From Syntrophales bacterium (GTDB lineage Bacteria; Desulfobacterota; Syntrophia; Syntrophales; UBA6109), in contig DAOSIS010000020.1 in the NCBI GenBank assembly GCA_035366835.1, positions 3,552-67,551 on the forward strand: a stretch of 64,000 bases of DNA. Direction: 5' to 3'. Both the position numbers and the translations under genes were made by a program. Shown in pieces: positions 21,782-30,787 of this stretch. The notes beneath the pieces were generated by a model. The model was not told the origin of the DNA. It ran no database searches and was given only the letters and a program-made list of their open reading frames with translations. Each line of letters opens with the position of its first letter. Position 1 is the stretch's first letter.

Positions 21782-24157
21782 ATGACAGACAGGAACGACG
21801 AAAAGGAATCTTCAAGAACCGTTCTTCCCTCTAATCCCCCAAAGAGCATCTCCAGTGGCCGGCACGCCGAGGATGCCCTTCGGGAAAGCGAAAAGAAATA
21901 CCGATTTCTTGCAGAAAAGATGACGGATATCGTGTGGATTCAGGATATGAACCTGCGCACCACCTACGTCAGCCCGTCGATTGAAGCGGTGCTTGGATTC
22001 ACTCCGGAAGAACGTGTGGCTCAGAGAGTTGAAGAACAATTGGCTCCGGCTTCGATGGCTTTCATCGCGGATCTCCTGGCGAAGGAGCTTTTGTTGGAAC
22101 AAGACGGGAAAGCGGATCCGAATAGAACTCTGACGGTCGAATTAGAATACTACCATAAGGACGGGTCCACTCGATGGCTGGAGAGTATCTTGAGCGGAAT
22201 CCGCGACGACAGGGGAATTCTGATCGGACTACACGGGGTATCACGAGATATCACCAGACGCAGAAAGGCGGAAGATGCGCTGAAAGAAAGCGAAGCGTTG
22301 TTGAAGAGCTGTCTGGAGAATGCTCCGGACGGCATTTACATGAGCGATCTTGAGGGCACTTTCCTTTACGGGAACCGAAAAAGCGAAGAGATTATCGGCT
22401 ATCGCCGCGAAGAGGTGATCGGGAAGAATTTCCTGGAAGCGGGACTTCTCAGCGAAAGGGATTTGAACAGGGCGATCGAACTGCTCAAAGCCAGCCTGGA
22501 GGGCAGGCCCACGGGGCCGGACGAATTCGAATTGATCGCCAAGGGAGGACAACGCGTCCCCGTCGAAATCAATACCTCGGTGGTTCAATACAAGGATCAA
22601 AAAGTTGCGCTTGGTTTCGTTCGCGATCTTACGGATCGGAAAAAGGCCGAGACGGCGTTGCGCGAGAGCGAAAAGAAATACAGAGAGCTCGTGGATTTCC
22701 TGCCCATATCGCTCTTCGAAGTTGACTTTGAAGGCAACGTTACCGCCGCAAACAGGGCCATCTTCGAGACTTTCAAATATGAACAAGCCGATCTCGAAAA
22801 AGGTCTGAATGCGTTTCAGCTGATGATCGCACCGGCCGACTGGAACAGGATGGCGGCGAACATCCAGAAACTGCTGCGGGGCGAAAAGAAGGGACCGTCG
22901 GAGTATACGGGGATCCGGAAAGACGGCAGCACATTTCCGTTTCTGATCTTTCCGGCCGTTATCGTTCGGGACGAGAAGCCCGTGGGATTGAGAGGGGCCA
23001 TCATCGATCTTACGGAGCGGAAGCGGATGGAGGAATCGCTTCGGAAGAGCAATCTGCGTCTGGCCGAAGCCCAGCGGATCGCCCATATCGGAAACTGGGA
23101 ATGGGACATCGACAGCCGGGAAATGTACTGGTCCGACGAGATGTACCGGATCGCTGGAATGCCCGCTCAGTCGATTCATGGGACCTATGAGAAATTCCTG
23201 GAGATCGTCCACCCCGAGGATCGAGAGACGATAAAGGAAACGGTAAAGAGGGCCGCAAATAAGGGGACAAAGAGCGAGATCGGCCATCGCGTCGTTCGAA
23301 GCGACGGCTCGGTCCGTGAAGTCCGCCAGAAAGTGGAACCGATATACAGCGATGCCGGCAGGATCGTCAGGGTGATCGGCATCGTCCAGGATGTTACGGA
23401 ACAGAATAGCGCGGAACGCGAACTGCAGACCGCCAGAGACTTGTTGCTCCAGTCGGAAAAACTCGCGGCAATCGGCCGGTTGTCCGCCGGAGTCGCACAC
23501 GAGATCCTGAACCCCGTGAATATCATCTCCATGGAATTGCAGATTCTGCAGGCCATGGAAAGCCTGTCGCCCGAGGTCGTGGAGGAATTGAAGATCTGTA
23601 TGAATCAGATCGGCCGGATCGTCACGATTACCGAGAACCTCAAACAGTTTTCCCGCGTCCCTCAAAAAAAGATGGCGATGGCCGATATCAATAACGTTAT
23701 TTCCCATATCATGATCTTGTACGACACGCAGTTGAAGATCGAAGGCATAGAAACGGAGATACAATACTGCCCGGGTCTGCCGAAAACCATCATGGACAAG
23801 GAACAGATAGGACAGGTCATCCAGAATCTGATTTCCAACGCAATGGCCGCCATGGAAGGGAAAGATAAGAAGGTGCTGCGGATAGCGTTGGAGAAGGAGA
23901 CCATGAATGAGGGGAATGACCGACTCAAGATCACGGTCACCGATACGGGCACCGGCATCAAGAACGAACATATGTCGAAAATCTTCGATCCGTTTTTCAC
24001 GACCAAGGGTCAGGGGAAGGGAACGGGATTGGGGCTTTCCATATCCTATGGTATAATCAAAGATCATGGTGGCGAGATCTGGGCGGGAAACAATCAATGG
24101 GGAGGTGCAAAGTTTTACATCCGGCTTCCGATTAGAAACGATGTGGACGAGACGTGA
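21782..24157 (+). CDS. Cytoplasmic sensor histidine kinase with about 4 PAS domains
   Basis: Repeated PAS blocks are separated by the linker form RDITxRKxAEEALRESE. The H-box is AAIGRLSAGVAHEILNP. HATPase motifs are NLISNA, DTGTGI and GTGLGLS. There are no TM segments. ATG 21782 follows GGGAG, with an alternative at 21731. Confidence 0.9.
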   Translation: MTDRNDEKESSRTVLPSNPPKSISSGRHAEDALRESEKKYRFLAEKMTDIVWIQDMNLRTTYVSPSIEAVLGFTPEERVAQRVEEQLAPASMAFIADLLAKELLLEQDGKADPNRTLTVELEYYHKDGSTRWLESILSGIRDDRGILIGLHGVSRDITRRRKAEDALKESEALLKSCLENAPDGIYMSDLEGTFLYGNRKSEEIIGYRREEVIGKNFLEAGLLSERDLNRAIELLKASLEGRPTGPDEFELIAKGGQRVPVEINTSVVQYKDQKVALGFVRDLTDRKKAETALRESEKKYRELVDFLPISLFEVDFEGNVTAANRAIFETFKYEQADLEKGLNAFQLMIAPADWNRMAANIQKLLRGEKKGPSEYTGIRKDGSTFPFLIFPAVIVRDEKPVGLRGAIIDLTERKRMEESLRKSNLRLAEAQRIAHIGNWEWDIDSREMYWSDEMYRIAGMPAQSIHGTYEKFLEIVHPEDRETIKETVKRAANKGTKSEIGHRVVRSDGSVREVRQKVEPIYSDAGRIVRVIGIVQDVTEQNSAERELQTARDLLLQSEKLAAIGRLSAGVAHEILNPVNIISMELQILQAMESLSPEVVEELKICMNQIGRIVTITENLKQFSRVPQKKMAMADINNVISHIMILYDTQLKIEGIETEIQYCPGLPKTIMDKEQIGQVIQNLISNAMAAMEGKDKKVLRIALEKETMNEGNDRLKITVTDTGTGIKNEHMSKIFDPFFTTKGQGKGTGLGLSISYGIIKDHGGEIWAGNNQWGGAKFYIRLPIRNDVDET

Positions 24158-24178
24158 CGGGAGATTCAGAGGTGTCTT

Positions 24179-24970
24179 ATGAGGAAGGTTCTTGTTGTTG
24201 ACGATGAAATCCACACGGTGAGACTGTTGAAAAAGTATCTGGATTCGAAAGACTACGATGTTTACACCGCTACCAACGGCATGGAAGCCATCGAAAAGGT
24301 AAAAGAGGTGAATCCCCAGGTTGTATTGCTCGATATCATCATGCCGGGTATGGGCGGCATCGATACTTTGAAGGAAATCAAGAAAATCGATCCGAAAATA
24401 GCGGTCATCATGGTGACGGCCGTAATCGACGAAGCACTGGCCAAGAAATCGCTTCAGTTGGGTGCCGACGATTATATTACAAAGCCTCTCGATCTGAATT
24501 TCATCGGGACCCGCGTCCTGGTCAAGATGTTTCAGCTTCTGAATCACGATGATACGAACCAGCCTTGTGAGCCGAAGAAGATTCTTCTTATCGACGACGA
24601 GGAAGATTTTTGCCGCGCCTTGAAGAAAGGGCTCGAGTTGAGGGGCGCATGCTACGACGTGCTGACGGCCACAGGGGGAGATGAGGGGATCTTTATCGCG
24701 AAGACTCAAAAGCCGGATCTGATCCTGCTCGACATCATGATGCCCGGTATGGCGGGCACCCAGGTGGCGGAGGAATTGTTGGAGGATCCCGAGACCAGCT
24801 CGATCCCGATCATATTTGTCACTGCCATAGTGAAACGGAGTGAAATCGAGAAGAACGACGGTCTCGTCGGTGGACGTACATTTATGGCAAAGCCTGTGAT
24901 CATCGATGAACTGATCAAGAAGATAAACGCCATGTCGCGCACACCACGGTTTGATCCTGCGGCCAACTGA
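24179..24970 (+). CDS. Tandem receiver (REC-REC) response regulator without an output domain
   Basis: There are two CheY-like modules. The first is KVLVVDDE...VLLDIIMPGMGG...VTA. The second is KILLIDDEE...LILLDIMMPGMAG...VTA. No HTH or enzymatic domain is present. Confidence 0.9.
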   Translation: MRKVLVVDDEIHTVRLLKKYLDSKDYDVYTATNGMEAIEKVKEVNPQVVLLDIIMPGMGGIDTLKEIKKIDPKIAVIMVTAVIDEALAKKSLQLGADDYITKPLDLNFIGTRVLVKMFQLLNHDDTNQPCEPKKILLIDDEEDFCRALKKGLELRGACYDVLTATGGDEGIFIAKTQKPDLILLDIMMPGMAGTQVAEELLEDPETSSIPIIFVTAIVKRSEIEKNDGLVGGRTFMAKPVIIDELIKKINAMSRTPRFDPAAN

Positions 24971-25205
24971 TACAGGTATTCACCGACTTTCTGCACAGGA
25001 GCCATCAATTCACTGGATAGGCACTTCAAGGGCCAAATGCCTTGATTTTGACTGAAATAATTGCTAATCTATTTATCAGAAATGAATAATAATCGATACT
25101 TGCAATGATTCTACTTCTCGACAGACTGCTTCGAACTGCAGCCGGCCGACGATCCTGTCTCTTCGGCGGTGTGTAGGTCGAGGCAGGGTAAGGAATGACA
25201 CGACT

Positions 25206-25532
25206 ATGCAATCCGTTCTGACCCTGATTATCGGCCTGCTCGCAGCGCTCGCCGCAGTCTTTTTCATTCAACGCTTCATGCTCCAGCGGGCGGTCAGACA
25301 GGTGGTCGAAATCTTCCGCCGCCACGACGCCTGTCATGCCGCCGGTGCAAAAACGCTGGAGGAATTGGGGCTCGGCCCCAAGAGTTTCATGACGAGAATG
25401 ACCACCCTCCGCGATTATAGGCCCGACGCCGTGAAGCTGCTCCTTCAGGGAGATATCATCCTGTCGACCGACGACGGGAAACTTTACCTCAGGGAAGACA
25501 GGCTCAGTCGCATTTTGCCGAAGGCAGCGTAG
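25206..25532 (+). CDS. Small hypothetical membrane-anchored protein (108 aa)
   Basis: There is one N-terminal hydrophobic helix (LTLIIGLLAALAAVFFI). I recognise no family and the RBS is weak. Confidence 0.35.
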   Translation: MQSVLTLIIGLLAALAAVFFIQRFMLQRAVRQVVEIFRRHDACHAAGAKTLEELGLGPKSFMTRMTTLRDYRPDAVKLLLQGDIILSTDDGKLYLREDRLSRILPKAA

Positions 25533-25651
25533 TACTGGCCTGCGGCACTTCCGCCAGGGAAGACCATCGCCGTCGCTCCCGTCCCCATGGATCCGCCGGT
25601 CCGCCGACGGCCCGCTTCTTTTATTCCATGTCCGACGTCAACCGGCGCCTT

Positions 25652-25756
25652 GAATCCGGCAGCGAGCGCATTCCCCGCAGCTTGCTGCGGGGTAAGAGAG
25701 AGAATCCTGTTTGAGATCCATTCCTTGGGGATCGAAGATTCTCCGGAGAGCTCACA
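25652..25756. repeat. Structured intergenic repeat, copy R1
   Basis: Roughly nine-tenths identical by eye over about 100 nt to 45909-46007, in the same orientation. It contains the hairpin CCGCAG-CTTG-CTGCGG, the GATCC../GGGGATC hairpin and the palindrome CTCCGGAG. Confidence 0.7.
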
Positions 25757-25917
25757 CACGATCCGCCACCAATCGGCAGCGCGGGGCCTGCCGTAAGGGT
25801 TTTCGAAGGGGCAAATCAGGGTAACGCTGATGGTGGATTGCTTTATCGTCCTTTATATAAATACGAGTTCATCATGAAAAGTCTTTTTGCGAGAAATCCA
25901 ACCTTAAGGAGAGGACT

Positions 25918-26382
25918 ATGAAAGGCAACGAAAAAGTGATCGAAAGATTGAATGCGCGTTTGGCTGACGAGTTGACGGCAATCAACCAGTACATGGTTCA
26001 CGCCGAGATGAGCGAGAACTGGGGCTACAAGAAATTGCAGGAAATGGTCCGCAAGCGGTCCATAACCGAGATGAAGCACGCGGAAAAACTCATCGAGCGC
26101 ATCCTTTTTCTGGAAGGCGCGCCGATCGTCTCCAATCTGAACAAAATCAAGATCGGTGCGGACGTGGAAAAGCAGTTTCAGAGCGATCACGCTGCAGAAC
26201 GCGATGCCATCCGATTCTACAACGAGGACATCGCCTTCGCCGGAGAAGTAGGCGATTTCGGGACGCGTGAGCTCCTGCAGAACATTCTTCTGGACGAAGA
26301 GAACCACATCGACGAGATCGAGGCGCAGTTCGATCAGATCAAGCAGATGGGCATTCAGAACTATCTGTCCGAAGTACGTTGA
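25918..26382 (+). CDS. bfr: Bacterioferritin
   Basis: MKGNEKVIERLNARLADELTAINQYMVHAEM matches Bfr. ITEMKHAEKLIERILFLEG includes the heme-ligand Met context. The RBS is AAGGAGAGG. Confidence 0.93.
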   Translation: MKGNEKVIERLNARLADELTAINQYMVHAEMSENWGYKKLQEMVRKRSITEMKHAEKLIERILFLEGAPIVSNLNKIKIGADVEKQFQSDHAAERDAIRFYNEDIAFAGEVGDFGTRELLQNILLDEENHIDEIEAQFDQIKQMGIQNYLSEVR

Positions 26383-26474
26383 TGCGCCGGCCAGCGCCGC
26401 CGGACAGAGCGGGTATCCCCGTATCCGGTCCGGACTGCTTCGGATAGTCCCAATGGAAAAAGAAAGGAGACGAC

Positions 26475-27071
26475 ATGGCCATTTCATTACCTGATCTGCC
26501 TTTTGCAAAAGGCGCTCTCGCACCTGTCATCAGCTCGCAGACGCTGGAATTCCATTACGGCAAGCATCACCGGGCCTATGTGGACAACGCCAACAAACTG
26601 ATCGCCGGAACGGCACTGGAGAAGGAGGATCTGGAGGTCATCATCCGGAAGACGCACAACAATCCCGCGCAGGCCGGTATCTTCAACAACACGGCTCAAG
26701 TCTGGAATCATTCCTTCTACTGGAAGTGCCTGAAGCCCGGTGGCGGGGGACCGCCGACGGGGGCTGTCGCGGCCATGATCAAGGATGTCTGGGGCGGTTA
26801 CGACAAGTTCGTGGAAGATCTCAAGGCGGCGGGGGCCACCCAGTTCGGCAGCGGGTGGGCATGGCTGGTCCTGGAGAACAACCGGCTGAAGATCACGAAG
26901 ACCCCGAACGCGGAAACGCCGATTGCGACCGGTTCGAAGCCCCTTCTCACCATCGACGTCTGGGAGCATGCGTACTATCTGGATTACCAGAACCGGCGGC
27001 CCGATTATCTGGCAGCCGTGATAGACAAATTGATCAACTGGGATTTCGTGAACACTTGCCTGGCATCATGA
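26475..27071 (+). CDS. sodB: Superoxide dismutase (Fe type)
   Basis: [38 protein letters not shown] and [15 protein letters not shown] are Fe/Mn-SOD signatures with Fe-type residues. Confidence 0.94.
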   Translation: MAISLPDLPFAKGALAPVISSQTLEFHYGKHHRAYVDNANKLIAGTALEKEDLEVIIRKTHNNPAQAGIFNNTAQVWNHSFYWKCLKPGGGGPPTGAVAAMIKDVWGGYDKFVEDLKAAGATQFGSGWAWLVLENNRLKITKTPNAETPIATGSKPLLTIDVWEHAYYLDYQNRRPDYLAAVIDKLINWDFVNTCLAS

Positions 27072-27105
27072 CGGACCGGGGCCTTGTCCGGAAAAGGAGA
27101 AGATC

Positions 27106-27717
27106 ATGAAGGTACTGGTTGTTTTCTACTCCATGTACGGGCACATCTACCGCATGGCCGAGGCTGTGAAGGAAGGTGCAGGCCGCGTGAACGGGGCTGA
27201 GGTGCATCTCTGCCGGGTCCCGGAGACGCTCTCGGACGAGATCCTGAAGAAGATGGAGGCGCTCGATGCTCAGAAAGGCTTTGCGCACGTGCCGGTCTGC
27301 AAAGTGGCGGATCTGCCGACGGCGGACGCCATCATTTTCGGCACTCCGACGCGTTTCGGCAACATGTGCGGGCAGATGCGCCAGTTCCTCGATGCAACCG
27401 GCGGCCTCTGGGCCAAGGGGGCACTGGTTGGGAAGGTCGGAAGCGTCTTCACCAGCAGCGCCACCCAGCACGGCGGACAGGAATCGACGATTCTCAGCTT
27501 TCATACGACCCTCTATCACCAGGGGATGATCGTTGTCGGCCTCCCCTATGCCTTTGCAGGGCAGATGCGGATCGACGAAATAACAGGCGGTTCACCATAC
27601 GGGGCGAGCACGATCGCCGGCGGGCAAGGGGAGCGAATGCCCAGCGAAAACGAACTGGAGGCCGCCCGTTACCAGGGCCGGCATGTCGCGGAAATCACGG
27701 CGAAGCTGGTTCGGTAG
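27106..27717 (+). CDS. wrbA: NAD(P)H:quinone oxidoreductase WrbA (flavodoxin-like)
   Basis: [30 protein letters not shown] and [12 protein letters not shown] are WrbA motifs. Confidence 0.92.
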   Translation: MKVLVVFYSMYGHIYRMAEAVKEGAGRVNGAEVHLCRVPETLSDEILKKMEALDAQKGFAHVPVCKVADLPTADAIIFGTPTRFGNMCGQMRQFLDATGGLWAKGALVGKVGSVFTSSATQHGGQESTILSFHTTLYHQGMIVVGLPYAFAGQMRIDEITGGSPYGASTIAGGQGERMPSENELEAARYQGRHVAEITAKLVR

Positions 27718-27747
27718 GTTCTTCGGCATCGCCGCGGATGCAGAAAG

Positions 27748-27783
27748 GGGGTTCCCGATCTTGACGGGAGCCCCTTTTTTTTT
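27748..27783 (+). terminator. Rho-independent terminator after wrbA
   Basis: GGGGTTCCCG-ATCTTGA-CGGGAGCCCC forms a 10-bp stem followed by T9. Confidence 0.82.
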
Positions 27784-27787
27784 CCTG

Positions 27788-27819
27788 AGTCCGATTGACG
27801 TTTGTCCCCCAATCGGACT
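27788..27819. other. Perfect 10-bp inverted repeat between the wrbA terminator and the PAS-LuxR gene
   Basis: AGTCCGATTG-N12-CAATCGGACT. No T tract follows it. Confidence 0.4.
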
Positions 27820-27943
27820 AGGATCTGTCCCGAGGAGCGGAATCATCGGTACGAAAGGCGTAACGGCAAAATGAAATCGTCTGGGAAGGGTCCGATGGAC
27901 GGTCGATGAGGGGAGGACCAGACACGAGAGACGGAAGGGGAGT

Positions 27944-29575
27944 ATGAAGACGAATCTTCGGGAAGAGACGCTCGCGGAGTTGTTGGCTGTCTGCAGGAAG
28001 ATCAGCGAGGAAAATATCGAGGATAAATCCCTGAAGACCCTCGCGGGGTTGGCCGGTGCGGAGTCCGTCGAGCTGGATTCGGAGATGCAGCGGGAGGTCA
28101 TCGAGGACATCAGCGACCACCGCCAATTGCTGAGAAAATTGATTCCCATTCTCCTGAAGATATTCCTCGTAACCTGCATCTTCTTTTCCAGCTACGAAGT
28201 GACAAAGCAGATCGTATTCACCAACATCGCCATCTGGCAGTCCCACATCATCACCATCATCTTTGCCGGCTTTGTGGCGACGTTCGGGGCTTACTTCCCC
28301 TTGAAGCGGATCGAAATCCTCTATCAAAAGAGCATCAATGAGCTTGTGGCCCGCAAGAAGGCCCAGGCGATCCTGCGGGAAAGCGAAGAACGTTACCGCC
28401 AGCTGTTCGAAATGGAATCCGACGCATTGTTCCTTTTTGACGAGCAGACAGATCGGATCCTCGAGACCAATGCCGCCAGTACGAGACTTTACGGATACCT
28501 CCGCGAAGATCTCCTGAAAATGAAGGGCGACGATCTTGTCGAGAAGAAGACCGTCGGATCTTTGAAGGAAAAGGGGAAATCCGAGCAGCAGGGTGAGTTC
28601 GTTTTTCACAGAAGGAATGATGGCAGTGTCTTTCCCGTGGAAATCGCCTCTTCTCAAATGACGTGGTACGGACGCAAGGTGAGGCTCTCTTCCGTCAGAG
28701 ACATCACGGAACGGCTGAACGCCCAGAAGAAGATCGAAAGCCAAAGGACCTTTCTGAAGAAAGTCATCGATGCCAATCCGAATTTCATCTATGTCAAGGA
28801 CAAGGAGAACAGGATCGTTCTCGCCAATCGGATCCTTGCGGATATCTTCAGGATTACGCCTGAAGAGATGACGGGCAAGAGCGTGGGTGAACTGACGCTC
28901 CATTCCGATTTCGCCGAGATCATCCATCGCGACGACATTTCGACCCTGAGCTTTGAAAAAGACCGCATCGAGCGTGAGGAGAGTTTTACCGATGCGGATG
29001 GTCAGAGACGCTGGATCTTCACGATCAAGGTCCCGATGAAGGACGAAGAAGGCCGCACCGATCAGATGATCGGGGTCAGCATCGACATCACCGAACGGAA
29101 ACACGCGGAAGATGTCCTGAAAAAGAGGGAAACGGAACTGGAAGTCAAGTCAAGGAACCTGGAGGAATTGAATGCCGCCCTCAAGGTGCTTCTCAAGCAG
29201 CGGGAGGCCGATAAGAAGGAAATAGAGGAGATGTTCCTGTCCAAAGTGAAGGGCCTTGTGATGCCCTACATCGAAAAGCTGAAGAACAGCGCACTTGCGG
29301 CAGAGCAAAGCGCCTATGTGGCGACCATCGAAGAGCATCTTCATGACATCATCTCGCCGTTCCTCACGAGCATCAAGTCCAAATACATCAATCTCACTCC
29401 CAAGGAAATCCAGGTGGTAAGTTTGATCAAGGACGGCAAATCCACGAAAGAGATAGCGGATTTGCTGAGCATATCCATCGGGTCGGTCGATATTCACAGG
29501 AATCACATCAGACGGAAACTGGGCATCAATAACAAGAATGTGAATCTGCGTTCCTATCTTCTCTCGATGCCTTAA
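27944..29575 (+). CDS. Membrane-associated PAS-PAS-LuxR-type transcriptional regulator (one-component)
   Basis: There are two hydrophobic helices (LIPILLKIFLVTCIFF and IITIIFAGFVATFGAYF) and two PAS blocks. A coiled-coil is followed by a C-terminal LuxR HTH, LTPKEIQVVSLIKDGKSTKEIADLLSISIGSVDIHRNHIRRKLGI. There is no REC domain. Confidence 0.88.
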   Translation: MKTNLREETLAELLAVCRKISEENIEDKSLKTLAGLAGAESVELDSEMQREVIEDISDHRQLLRKLIPILLKIFLVTCIFFSSYEVTKQIVFTNIAIWQSHIITIIFAGFVATFGAYFPLKRIEILYQKSINELVARKKAQAILRESEERYRQLFEMESDALFLFDEQTDRILETNAASTRLYGYLREDLLKMKGDDLVEKKTVGSLKEKGKSEQQGEFVFHRRNDGSVFPVEIASSQMTWYGRKVRLSSVRDITERLNAQKKIESQRTFLKKVIDANPNFIYVKDKENRIVLANRILADIFRITPEEMTGKSVGELTLHSDFAEIIHRDDISTLSFEKDRIEREESFTDADGQRRWIFTIKVPMKDEEGRTDQMIGVSIDITERKHAEDVLKKRETELEVKSRNLEELNAALKVLLKQREADKKEIEEMFLSKVKGLVMPYIEKLKNSALAAEQSAYVATIEEHLHDIISPFLTSIKSKYINLTPKEIQVVSLIKDGKSTKEIADLLSISIGSVDIHRNHIRRKLGINNKNVNLRSYLLSMP

Positions 29576-29863
29576 ACGCGTCGTTCCCCAAGCGTAAAAA
29601 CAGAACATATCAATTTGCTATGGGTTTGCTATATACTCATATCAATTCCGGACATTTTTCTTGACCCCGTTAATTTCTCAACATATTGAAACTAAATGAT
29701 AAATGTTAAATGCATTGAATGCAGTTTTATTTCATGGTCAACGAATCATTCACGCTATATATTTAATATAGGTTGTCTATATAATATTTTGACATTGCAA
29801 TCGTTTCCGTGCAAGCGTATCCTCACGCCATACATACTGTAGATTACGTAAATTCATTAACTT
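29576..29863 (+). promoter_or_regulatory. 288-bp strongly AT-rich intergenic region with phased short direct repeats
   Basis: CATATCAATT occurs twice (29606, 29638). TTTGCTAT occurs twice (29614, 29625). AAATGNN occurs three times in tandem (29694-29714). CTATATA occurs twice (29755, 29777). Several TTGACA/TTGACC-like hexamers are present. Confidence 0.5.
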
Positions 29864-30640
29864 ATGAAGAATTTGACAGGAGCCATGCTTGTGAACCGGA
29901 GAGGATTCATCAATGTGCCTGATCTGACGTGGTTCAGGACAACCTTGAAAGGCATCGACGAAACGGTCAGGAAGAGAGATGCACGGATGCCTGATTTCCA
30001 GTGGTCAAAGAAGCTGGAAATGGAGAAGCGAATGCGAGACCTCCTGCACCATCTCAGCGAGATCGCCCTGGTTTTGAAGCGATACGTCCACGTATCGTCG
30101 CGGGACGGCAAGAATTCGGCCGGGAGCACACCTGCCCTCTTTGCGGAAGCGGAGCGCTGCTGTCAGGATATGCGGGATTTCGTGGCGGTCGAAGCGAGAG
30201 GGAAGGTCTGTGACCGAAACGGAGGCAGGGTGTTTCTGGAGACGATGGACGACATCGCCCTGTTGATTGGCCGCTACAAAGAGCTGGCCGTCCAGCTGGA
30301 GATGAGTCACCCGGATATTCCTGGGCAATTTCAGGATGATTTCAGAATCCTCTTTCATGACGCCATTGAAGCCGTTGAGGCCTACATCCGTTCTTATCGC
30401 GTATTCTTCGGAAATCTGGAAGAGATTCACGACCATATCCACAAAGTGTTCTTCTGGTCGACGGAAGCCGGGAAATCCGCGGACAGGATCCAGCGGGCAC
30501 TTTTCAGAGAAGACGAAAACGGGGATCTGGGCCGCAAGATGCACTTGAGCCTGTTGGCGAAGCAGCTCTGCGGAATCGCAAACGGCGCAAATGACGCGGC
30601 AGATCATCTGAAGACCCACATCGTTCAAGACAGGCATTGA
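29864..30640 (+). CDS. Hypothetical helical protein, tentatively PhoU_div/DUF47-like
   Basis: 258-aa ORF. FLETMDDIALLIGRY and the C-terminal ANGANDAADHLKTHIVQD resemble DUF47 helix motifs by eye. The start is uncertain between ATG 29864 and 29885. Confidence 0.6.
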   Translation: MKNLTGAMLVNRRGFINVPDLTWFRTTLKGIDETVRKRDARMPDFQWSKKLEMEKRMRDLLHHLSEIALVLKRYVHVSSRDGKNSAGSTPALFAEAERCCQDMRDFVAVEARGKVCDRNGGRVFLETMDDIALLIGRYKELAVQLEMSHPDIPGQFQDDFRILFHDAIEAVEAYIRSYRVFFGNLEEIHDHIHKVFFWSTEAGKSADRIQRALFREDENGDLGRKMHLSLLAKQLCGIANGANDAADHLKTHIVQDRH

Positions 30641-30787
30641 CGGGCATCGCCGTTGCGCTTCTGCCGCCGCGGCTCCGTCCCGCTGCCCTTGACAATCTCC
30701 TCAAATTCACCGATGTTCGAAAATCGTCAACGCCGTTCAGCACGGCGGAGGGATTGTTTTCTGTTTTCGATAAGGAGATTGAATACT

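Noticed and set aside
22241-24709. An 822-aa ORF antisense to the PAS histidine kinase and the REC-REC gene, spanning their intergenic gap.
   Set aside because: It is codon-aligned opposite well-supported genes with clear domain motifs. Its translation is low-complexity, rich in L, R, D and F, with no recognisable motif. Long shadow ORFs arise whenever the sense genes avoid TTA, CTA and TCA codons.
25484-25796. ORFs on both strands over repeat R1, and the equivalent ORFs over R2 at 45670-46176. They share peptide strings such as SLGIEDSPE and PRSLLRG.
   Set aside because: The similarity is explained by the nucleotide repeat itself. There is no RBS or coding context, and the repeats are built from hairpins.
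25800-25917. A possible Fur/PerR operator upstream of bfr, in the AT-rich stretch TTTATATAAATACGAGTTCATCATGAAAAG.
   Set aside because: I could not find a convincing match to the 19-bp Fur box or the PerR inverted repeat. The AT-richness alone is not evidence.
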